This document shows positions 54,233 to 61,503 of a stretch of 64,000 nt of DNA, piece after piece. This DNA comes from Acidobacteriota bacterium. GTDB lineage: Bacteria; Acidobacteriota; Terriglobia; Terriglobales; Acidobacteriaceae. The stretch lies in assembly GCA_021781495.1 (NCBI GenBank), contig JAJXWS010000001.1:73551-137550 (forward strand), given 5' to 3'. Within the stretch, counting starts at the first letter, position 1, and every line of letters begins with the position of its first letter. Below the pieces are notes generated by a model, which worked only from the letters and a program-made list of their open reading frames with translations, did not search any database and was not told where the DNA came from. The position numbers and the translations under genes are program-made.

Positions 54233-55684
54233 ATGAACTCCCTCAGGACCTGTCTGCGCTCCGGCGCGTTTTATGCCGCAATCCTTTCGCTATCCATACT
54301 GCTCACCTTCTCGCTCAGCGCCTGCTCAGGCGGCAGTTCCGCCTCCACCGGCACCACTCCGCCGCCTGCCGCCAAGACCATGGTCCAGGTCAACGTAGGA
54401 GACTCGCCCGCGGACTGGATGCTGGCCTTCTCCATGAACATCAGCTCCATGTCCCTCACCGGCAGCAACGGCTCCGCAGCCGTCGTCTCCACCGCCACGC
54501 CCATGGAGATGATGCACCTGATGGGCACCATGCAGCCGCTCGCCATGGTCAACCTGCCGCAGGGCACCTACACCGGCGCCACCGTCACCATCGCCTCCGC
54601 CACCGTGGTCTACATGGATCCCACCACCAAGACCGCCGTACAAAAAACCATCAACGGCCCCATCACAGGCAATGTCACCTTCGCCTCGCCCGTCACCGTC
54701 GGCTCCACGGCCATGGCCATGGGCTTTGATCTCAATCTCGCCAAATCCATCACCACAGACTCCAGCGGCAACCTCGCCATGTCCCCCGTCTTCAACACCA
54801 CCACGGGCATGCAGGGCTCCGGCAATCCTCTCGACTTCACCGACGGCGGCATCGAAGAGTTGATGGGCACCGTCTCCGGCGTCTCCGGCAGCAGCTTCAC
54901 CATGACGTCCATGCAGGCCGCGCAAAGCTTCACCTTCGCCACCAACGGCTCCACCGTCTTCAGCAACATGACCATGAGCAGCATGGCCAGCGGCATGATC
55001 GTCCTCGTCGACGCCACCCTCCAGTCCGACGGCTCGCTCATGGCCACCAGGGTCCAGTCCATGTCCGGCGCGGGCGGCATGATGGGCGGCGGCATCGTCA
55101 CCACGGTCACCGGCCAGCCCGTCACCTCGCTCACCATGATCATGCAGAACGGCGCTGGCACCGGCATGATGTCCTCCTACTTCGCCTCCGGTGTCACCGT
55201 CAACATGAGCGGAAGCACCTCCTACGAGATCAACGAAGACAACGTCGATATGTCCAACCTGCCCTTCACGCCTCGCTTTGACGCCAGCAACATCTACCCC
55301 GGCCAGGCCGTCATGCCCATCAGCACCACCGGCATGATGAGCGGCAGCGGCGGCATGATGGGTGGCGGAGGCATGATGGGCGGCACCACCATGTCCGGCA
55401 CCATCAGCGCCACGGAGCTGGCCCTCATGCCCCAGGGACTCAGCGGCGCCCTCGGCGCGGCGGTCTCCAGCGGCACGTCCTCCACCTTCACCCTCACCCT
55501 GCCGTCGGACTGCGCCTTCACCACCCTCACCGGCGCCACCAGCGTCACCGTCTATCAGCAGACAGACACCATCCTCGCCGGCACCTCGCCCCTTGCCAGC
55601 GGAGCCTCCGCCCACGTCTTTGGCCTGCTCTTCAACGACGGCGGCCAGTGGAAGATGGTCGCCGCCCGCATCGGCGCCAACTAA
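54233..55684 (+). CDS. Met-rich lipoprotein with DUF4382-like and DUF5666-like beta domains
   Basis: Start moved to ATG 54233 (GAGGAA RBS); lipobox FSLSAC; VQVNVGDSP...LP.GTYTGATVTI...GFDLNL (DUF4382-like); GTVSGVSGSSFT...TNGSTVF...VLVDATLQSDGSLMATRV (DUF5666-like); Met/Gly tracts. Confidence 0.72.
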   Translation: MNSLRTCLRSGAFYAAILSLSILLTFSLSACSGGSSASTGTTPPPAAKTMVQVNVGDSPADWMLAFSMNISSMSLTGSNGSAAVVSTATPMEMMHLMGTMQPLAMVNLPQGTYTGATVTIASATVVYMDPTTKTAVQKTINGPITGNVTFASPVTVGSTAMAMGFDLNLAKSITTDSSGNLAMSPVFNTTTGMQGSGNPLDFTDGGIEELMGTVSGVSGSSFTMTSMQAAQSFTFATNGSTVFSNMTMSSMASGMIVLVDATLQSDGSLMATRVQSMSGAGGMMGGGIVTTVTGQPVTSLTMIMQNGAGTGMMSSYFASGVTVNMSGSTSYEINEDNVDMSNLPFTPRFDASNIYPGQAVMPISTTGMMSGSGGMMGGGGMMGGTTMSGTISATELALMPQGLSGALGAAVSSGTSSTFTLTLPSDCAFTTLTGATSVTVYQQTDTILAGTSPLASGASAHVFGLLFNDGGQWKMVAARIGAN

Positions 55685-55757
55685 CGACACACCCGCGGGC
55701 GGCGCGCCCCTACCGTGCCGCCTGCGCCTTCCTCCGCCCTGTCAAAGAACTCCTCCC

Positions 55758-55800
55758 TGTGAGTCCGCTCACAATGCCCCTTTTCGAATCGCCCTATAAT
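55758..55800 (+). promoter_or_regulatory. Class II CRP-family promoter of the peroxiredoxin operon
   Basis: Perfect TGTGA-GTCCGC-TCACA (55758-55773) and perfect TATAAT (55795-55800); box centre at -41.5 from the predicted +1 (55807). Confidence 0.75.
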
Positions 55801-55912
55801 GCTTGCCGAATGCCGGTGGCCATCCGCGCCAAAGCGCGCCGCCACCGGCGCCGGAACGCCGCGGCATCGCCCCTGGGCCTGCGCGGCGTCCAGCACGAAA
55901 GGGGTACATCGC

Positions 55913-56602
55913 ATGTCAGTGCTAGAAGCTGTCAAGCAAGAATCGGCCACCGTCGCCTCCGATCCCGTCGTCGCTGCGCATCTGCCGCGCCTCGGCATGT
56001 CCGCCCCGCTCTTTGAGGCCGTCACCACCCACGGCAAAATCCGCCTCGAAGACTTCCGCGGCGGCTGGGTCGTCCTCTTCTCTCACCCCGCCGACTTCAC
56101 TCCCGTCTGCACCACGGAGTTCCTCGCCTTCGCCCAGATCGCGCCCGAGCTGCACAAGCGCAACACCGAGCTGCTCGGCCTCAGCATCGACAGCACCAGC
56201 TCCCACATCGCCTGGGTCCGCAACATCAAGGAGAAGTTCGGCGTCGACATCCCGTTCCCCATCATCGCCGACTCCAACAAGCAGGTTGCCACCCTCTACG
56301 GCATGATCATGCCCGGTGAAAGCACCACGGAAACCAGCCGCTGCGTCTTCATCATCGATCCCGCCGGCGTCCTCCGCGCCATGATCTACTACCCCCTCAC
56401 CACCGGCCGCAACACCGACGAGATTCTCCGCGTCATCGACGCGCTGCAGACCACCGACAAGCATCGCGTCGCCACCCCCGCCAACTGGCACGCCGGCGAC
56501 AAGGTCATCGTGCCGCCGCCCGCCACCATGGAAGAGGTGGACGCCCGCCTCAACGCCGGCTACGAATGCACCGACTGGTACTTCTGCAAGAAGGCTGTTT
56601 AG
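55913..56602 (+). CDS. Peroxiredoxin (Prx6/archaeal thioredoxin-peroxidase type)
   Basis: Start moved to ATG 55913; LFSHPADFTPVCTTEF, YYPLTTGRNTDEILR, VATPANW..GDKVIVPP, C-terminal YECTDWYFCKK. Confidence 0.93.
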   Translation: MSVLEAVKQESATVASDPVVAAHLPRLGMSAPLFEAVTTHGKIRLEDFRGGWVVLFSHPADFTPVCTTEFLAFAQIAPELHKRNTELLGLSIDSTSSHIAWVRNIKEKFGVDIPFPIIADSNKQVATLYGMIMPGESTTETSRCVFIIDPAGVLRAMIYYPLTTGRNTDEILRVIDALQTTDKHRVATPANWHAGDKVIVPPPATMEEVDARLNAGYECTDWYFCKKAV

Positions 56603-56615
56603 GAGGAAGCTCGTC

Positions 56616-56837
56616 ATGGCCTGTATCGGCAGTCAGGGGGAGTTGACCGAGTCCGCCCGCAGGATGCTCGCGGCCCTCGCTCCCCCCGCAACCCCTGAGG
56701 ACGTAGCCGCGCACACCGGCCTGCCGCTCTTCCGCGTGCGCGCCGGCCTGCGCGAAATGGCAGAGGCCGAACTGGTCCAGGCGCAGGACGGCCGCTACGC
56801 CGCAACCGAGCGCGGCCTCTCGTTCCTCTCCCGTTAG
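56616..56837 (+). CDS. Small winged-helix protein with N-terminal Cys, coupled to the peroxiredoxin
   Basis: AGGAGG RBS 13 nt after the Prx stop; MACIG...PEDVAAHTGLPLFRVRAGLREMAEAELV...GRYAATERG wHTH pattern. Confidence 0.75.
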   Translation: MACIGSQGELTESARRMLAALAPPATPEDVAAHTGLPLFRVRAGLREMAEAELVQAQDGRYAATERGLSFLSR

Positions 56838-57011
56838 CAAGCACCCATCCGGACGCGGGCCATGCTCAAAGCTGGCCCGCCCCGGACGATCCTGCCCCGC
56901 CCGGCATCCTCCGCCCGCAACACCTTCTGCAGGCACAGATCTTCGCGATATGCTGTAGGCAAAGCCGCCCCGGCCGCACGGCAACACCTGTGTGCCACGG
57001 CTCGCAAGTCC

Positions 57012-57245
57012 ATGCTGCCCCTCACCGAACTCGGCAAAGCGCTCCTCGCCATCGGCGTGCTGCTCGTCCTCGCCGGCGCGGGCCTCATGCTGGCCGCGCG
57101 CATCGGCCTGCCGCTCGGGCGTCTCCCCGGCGACTTCGCCTACCGGGGCAAGCACGTCTCCGTGTTCTTCCCCCTCGGCACGTCCATCCTCATCAGCATC
57201 GTGCTGTCGCTGGTCTTTTACCTGCTCTCGCGCCTCCACCGCTAG
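57012..57245 (+). CDS. DUF2905-family small membrane protein
   Basis: Start moved to ATG 57012; LGKALLAIG...LGRLPGDF.YRGKHVSVFFPLGTSILISIVLSL signature. Confidence 0.85.
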   Translation: MLPLTELGKALLAIGVLLVLAGAGLMLAARIGLPLGRLPGDFAYRGKHVSVFFPLGTSILISIVLSLVFYLLSRLHR

Positions 57246-57273
57246 CGCACGCCCGCAGTCCGCGCAGGCAAGG

Positions 57274-58428
57274 TCAGGGCAGCGCCGGCTTCCCGCTCGT
57301 CAGCGCGCGGATAATCTCCGCCTCGCGCTCCCGATACGGCTTGCCGTCCGGGTAAAACACGTCGTGGAACCAAACCGTCGGCTTCTCCAGCACATACGGC
57401 CGCTGCCACGAGTCCCACGGCAGATACGTCTGGCTCCGTCCCGCCACCAGTCCCCAGTTGATCGCCCCCACGTGGTGCTGCCTGGCCAGCGGCAGAATCG
57501 TATCGAACGTACTCCCCGCGCCCCGCGCCATGTACTCCGTGCAGATCAGCGGCCGATGGAACTGCTCCAGCGCCTTCACCCGCGCCTCAAACTCCTCCGG
57601 CCAGGCGTAGTTGTGAAAGCTGATCACGTCCGACTGCTCAATCTGCACCCGCGCCATCGGCGACATCGTCTGCAGCGAGCTCCAGTCGCCCTGCCACACC
57701 CCGCTCGTCAGCGGCTGCTCCGGATGCTCCGCGCGCGCCCACGCAAACACCTGCGGCAGCAGCGCCAGCACCAGCTCCGTCTTGTTCTTCGGGTCCTGGC
57801 TGCCATAGGAGCTGTCGTTGCCGTTGTCCGGCTCGTTCCACACGTCCCACGCCAGCACCCGCTGGTCCCGCGCAAACGCGCCGACCACGCCCTTCACATA
57901 GCGCTCCAGCCGCGGATACTCCTTCGCATCCTCCAGCATCTGCGCCCCCGGCGCCTGCACCCATCCCGAGTTGTGCACCCCCGGTATCGGCGGATGCTGC
58001 GGCCCCAGCTTCGGCATCGGGTCCCAGCACGAGTCGAACAGCACAAACACCGGCCGGATGTGGTGCTTCGCCGCAATCGCAAGAAACGCGTCCATGCGCT
58101 TCTCGAATCCCTTCGGATCCTGCTCCCACACCAGGTTGTGCAGAAACACGCGCATCGTGTTCATCCCGATGCCCTCCGCCCAGCCCAGCTCGCGGTCAAT
58201 CGTCACCGGGTCAAACGTCTCCGCCTGCCACATCTCCAGCTCATTGATCGCGTTCGACGGCACAAAGTTCGCGCCCACCGGCCATGGCTGCCGCGCATAC
58301 CACGCATTCGCCTCGGCCTCCGTCCAGCGCTGGCCCGGTTCGGCTTGCAGATAGGGAGATGTCGCCACGCCGGCAACGGCCAGCAGCAGATACGCGCAAA
58401 TGCGCAACAACCGGTTCAGTTGCTTCAT
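57274..58428 (-). CDS. GH5-family glycoside hydrolase (resembles subfamily 13, furanosidase-type)
   Basis: Signal peptide; GANFVPSNAINELEMWQAETFDP.TIDRELGWA, RVFLH, acid/base WDVWNEP, nucleophile ICTEYMAR. Confidence 0.82.
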   Translation of the reverse strand: MKQLNRLLRICAYLLLAVAGVATSPYLQAEPGQRWTEAEANAWYARQPWPVGANFVPSNAINELEMWQAETFDPVTIDRELGWAEGIGMNTMRVFLHNLVWEQDPKGFEKRMDAFLAIAAKHHIRPVFVLFDSCWDPMPKLGPQHPPIPGVHNSGWVQAPGAQMLEDAKEYPRLERYVKGVVGAFARDQRVLAWDVWNEPDNGNDSSYGSQDPKNKTELVLALLPQVFAWARAEHPEQPLTSGVWQGDWSSLQTMSPMARVQIEQSDVISFHNYAWPEEFEARVKALEQFHRPLICTEYMARGAGSTFDTILPLARQHHVGAINWGLVAGRSQTYLPWDSWQRPYVLEKPTVWFHDVFYPDGKPYREREAEIIRALTSGKPALP

Positions 58429-58457
58429 ACGTTCCTCTTCCAGGATGAAGCAAAATT

Positions 58458-60317
58458 CTACTTGGTCTGGCCCAGTTGTTGCGCCTTCGTCCGTTCCGCC
58501 GCCGCCTCCTCGGTCCGTCCCTGCCGCTCGTAGGCAATCGCCAGCTGGCTGTGCGGCTCGGCAAACGTGGGGTCGGCTGCAATCGCTTCCTGGTAGCGCG
58601 CAATCGCATCGGCAATCTGCCCGCGCAGCATCAGCTGGTTGCCCGCGTTCATGGCAAAGTTGGCCCGCTGGCGGTTTACCGCGCTGCGTGCCAGCGCCGC
58701 GCTCTCCTTGCGCAGCTCCGTCGCCTCGCCGCGCAGGCTCTTCATCTGGCTGCGCAGTTCCGCGGCCTTCTGCGTATCGCCCGCGCTCTCCGCCGCGTCG
58801 GCCTGCGTGGTCAGGTTTGCCGCCTGCTCCGCCAGCACTCCCGCCAGTGTCACCCGCGGTCCCGGCTGCCCCGGCAGCAGCGGAATCGCCTTCCGCAGCG
58901 CCTCCGCCGCCTCCGGCAGCCGGTTATCCTGCTTCAGCGTGCTGCCCAGGATGGCCCATGCATCGCCGTTCATGGGCCGCAGCGTCACCGCCTTGCGCAG
59001 CTCCACCGCCGCTTCATCCAGCCTGCCCATCTGCATCAGCAGAATGCCCAGCGTATACGGCGGGTCCTGCAGCGTCGGATCCATCTGCCCCGCACGGCTC
59101 AGCTCCCCAATCGCCTCCTCGTACCGGTCCTTGAACTTGTACGCCAGGCCCAGGTCGTAGTGCGTCTGCGGATCGTTCGGATTCAGCGCCAGCGCCTTCT
59201 GGAACTCCGCAATCGCCTCGTCAAACGCCGAAAGCTGAATCTGCGCCACACCCAGATCCTTGTGAATCACGGCATTGTTGCCGTCCAGCGCCAGCGCCCG
59301 TTCGAAGCTGTCCAGAGCCTCCTTCGCCTTGCCCGTCAGCGTCAGCGCCAGTCCCAGGTTAGTCAGCGCGCTGGTATTCTTCGGCTCCCGCGCCACCACC
59401 TGCTCAAACAGCGGAACAGCCTCCTGCTGCCGTCCCAGCCGTTGCAGCGCCATTGCCAGGTCCATCTGCGCATCCACCTGCGCCGGGTTCGCCGCCAGCG
59501 CCTGCTGGAACTCCTCCACCGCCGCGTCGTCGTTGCCCTGTGCCGCCAGGCTGCGGCCATACTCCAGCAGCAGTTGCGCGTTCGGCGGAGTCTGCTTGGC
59601 CGCCACCTCCAGCGTTGCAATCGACCCCGCCAAATTTCCCTCTTCGCGATACGCAATCCCCAGGTGAATCCGCGCCGCCATGTTCTGCGGATCCAGCGCC
59701 AGTGCATGCTCAAAGCGCTGCTGCGCCTCCGGCCAGCGGCTCTGCTGCGCATACAAGGACCCGATAGCGTCCTCCAGGTCGGCCCGCTCTCCTGTCAGCG
59801 TCTCCTCGGCCATCAGCTGCGTCAGCGCGTCCTTCGGCCGCCCCACCGCCGCCAGCGCGCGGCCATAGGCGTCATAGAACGCCGCATTCGCCACCGACTG
59901 CCCCGGCTGCTGCGACTGCCGCAGCGCCGTCTCAAAGTGGGGAATCGCCTTGCCCAGCTGCCCCATCTGCACCAGCGTCAGCGCCAGGTTCGTCTCAATG
60001 CCTGCATCCAGCGGACGCAGCCCCGCCGCCACCTCAAACTCCGGCAACGCCTCCGCCGCACGCCCCAGCTCCAGCAGCACCGCGCCCAGCGCCTCGTGCC
60101 CCTCCGGAATCTTCGGCTCCAGCTTCACCACTTCGGCAAAGTTCTTCCGCGCCAGCTCCAGGTTCCCGTTGGCGCGCGCCGCTATCCCCGCACGAAACGC
60201 GCTGTCGGCCTTCTTCAGCTGGTGCGGCCTGCCGTGCGGCGACTGCTCTGCGGCCATCGGCGCCACGCACAGCGCAGCCGCCAACCCCATTGCCAGCACC
60301 GCACGCCGCAGCCGCAT
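58458..60317 (-). CDS. Secreted TPR-repeat protein
   Basis: Signal peptide; long array of TPR units. Confidence 0.88.
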   Translation of the reverse strand: MRLRRAVLAMGLAAALCVAPMAAEQSPHGRPHQLKKADSAFRAGIAARANGNLELARKNFAEVVKLEPKIPEGHEALGAVLLELGRAAEALPEFEVAAGLRPLDAGIETNLALTLVQMGQLGKAIPHFETALRQSQQPGQSVANAAFYDAYGRALAAVGRPKDALTQLMAEETLTGERADLEDAIGSLYAQQSRWPEAQQRFEHALALDPQNMAARIHLGIAYREEGNLAGSIATLEVAAKQTPPNAQLLLEYGRSLAAQGNDDAAVEEFQQALAANPAQVDAQMDLAMALQRLGRQQEAVPLFEQVVAREPKNTSALTNLGLALTLTGKAKEALDSFERALALDGNNAVIHKDLGVAQIQLSAFDEAIAEFQKALALNPNDPQTHYDLGLAYKFKDRYEEAIGELSRAGQMDPTLQDPPYTLGILLMQMGRLDEAAVELRKAVTLRPMNGDAWAILGSTLKQDNRLPEAAEALRKAIPLLPGQPGPRVTLAGVLAEQAANLTTQADAAESAGDTQKAAELRSQMKSLRGEATELRKESAALARSAVNRQRANFAMNAGNQLMLRGQIADAIARYQEAIAADPTFAEPHSQLAIAYERQGRTEEAAAERTKAQQLGQTK

Positions 60318-60320
60318 CGC

Positions 60321-61358
60321 CTACTTCTCCGCCGGTGCGGGCTGCCCCTGCCCCTGCAGCTGCACCACCGTGCGAAACTCGCGATTCGCCGCCGCACGGT
60401 CGCCCACCGCCTTGTACGCCTGCCCCAGCAGGTTATGCGTAATGTAGTTCGAGGGGTCCATCCGCACTGCATGGTCCAGGTAGTGCAGCGCTTGGATCGG
60501 CTGGTTCATCTTCAGGAAGACCTCGCCCAGCAGGATGAACGGCCCCGTCGCATACGGCTTCAGCAGCACCGCGCGGTTCAGCGCCTGCTGCGCCTGCGCC
60601 AGCTGCCCCGTGCGCAGATATGCATCGCCCAGCCGGTCATACAGGTCCGGGTTCAGCGGATTCAGCGCGCGCTCGGCCTCCAGCTCGCGAATTGCTCCCG
60701 GCACATCGCCGCGCGCCAGCGCCACCTCGCCCAGCAGCTCGTGCGCCAGCGGCAGGCGCGGGTCCAGCGCCAGCGCCTTGCTCGCCTGCTCCCCTGCTGC
60801 GTCGCGCAGCTCGCGGCGCAGAAACATCCGCCCCGCCAGCAGGTAGGCCTGCGGCGAGTCCGGCGCAAAGCCAAACTGCGTTGCAAACGCATGCCGCGAG
60901 TCATCGTATCGCTGCACATCGGCGTAGCTCAGCGCCAGCACATAATCCGGGTCGATGTTCGCGCTTGCCACCGCCGCTCGCGCCTTCTCCAGCAGCGGAA
61001 TCGCCTCCGGCACGTGCCCCATGCGGAACAGGCTCACGCCGTGCATCTCCATCGACTCGCGATCGTTCGGGTCCTGCGCCACCGCCTTCGTAAAGGCGTC
61101 AATGGCCTCGGGAAACTTCTCCTGCTGATAAAAGATAATGCCGCGTAGCCGCTCCACGCCTGCCGGCTCCGGAGTCTGTTTCGCCAGCGCATCCAGCTGC
61201 GCCATGGCCTGTTCCAGCCGCCCGCGGCCGGCCAGTTGCTGCGCCTGCTCCAGGCTTGGCTGCTCCGCCGCTGCTGGCGTGCTGCTCTGCTGCTCTTGCG
61301 CCGTGCCGGAAAGTACCAGAAATAGAAAGACGAGTGCTAATACAAATTTGCGGAACAT
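60321..61358 (-). CDS. Secreted TPR-repeat protein
   Basis: Start moved to ATG 61358 (MFRKFVLALVFLFLVLSGTA); TPR units; stop 3 nt before the next start. Confidence 0.86.
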   Translation of the reverse strand: MFRKFVLALVFLFLVLSGTAQEQQSSTPAAAEQPSLEQAQQLAGRGRLEQAMAQLDALAKQTPEPAGVERLRGIIFYQQEKFPEAIDAFTKAVAQDPNDRESMEMHGVSLFRMGHVPEAIPLLEKARAAVASANIDPDYVLALSYADVQRYDDSRHAFATQFGFAPDSPQAYLLAGRMFLRRELRDAAGEQASKALALDPRLPLAHELLGEVALARGDVPGAIRELEAERALNPLNPDLYDRLGDAYLRTGQLAQAQQALNRAVLLKPYATGPFILLGEVFLKMNQPIQALHYLDHAVRMDPSNYITHNLLGQAYKAVGDRAAANREFRTVVQLQGQGQPAPAEK

Positions 61359-61447
61359 AAAGGGTCCTGCCCCTGCAGTGTAACTCCGCCGCCCGTTCCG
61401 TCGCGCAGGCAGCGCCCGCACGCGGCGCATCACGGCCTGCGGCACAC

Positions 61448-61476
61448 AAAATAAGAGGGGAGCCGAAGCTCCCCTC
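61448..61476 (-). terminator. Terminator-like hairpin after TonB receptor 4
   Basis: GAGGGGAGC-cgaa-GCTCCCCTC followed by TTATTTT on the minus strand. Confidence 0.7.
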
Positions 61477-61503
61477 GAGTTGTTTTGCGGCTCCTTCGCA
61501 CAA

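Noticed and set aside
58476-61148. 890-aa plus-strand ORF, and similar long ORFs at 5847..7784, 20298..22829, 41905..44292 and 48305..49924
   Set aside because: They are antisense shadows of well-supported genes. High GC at third positions suppresses stops, and the translations are Arg/Ala/Pro-rich with no motifs.
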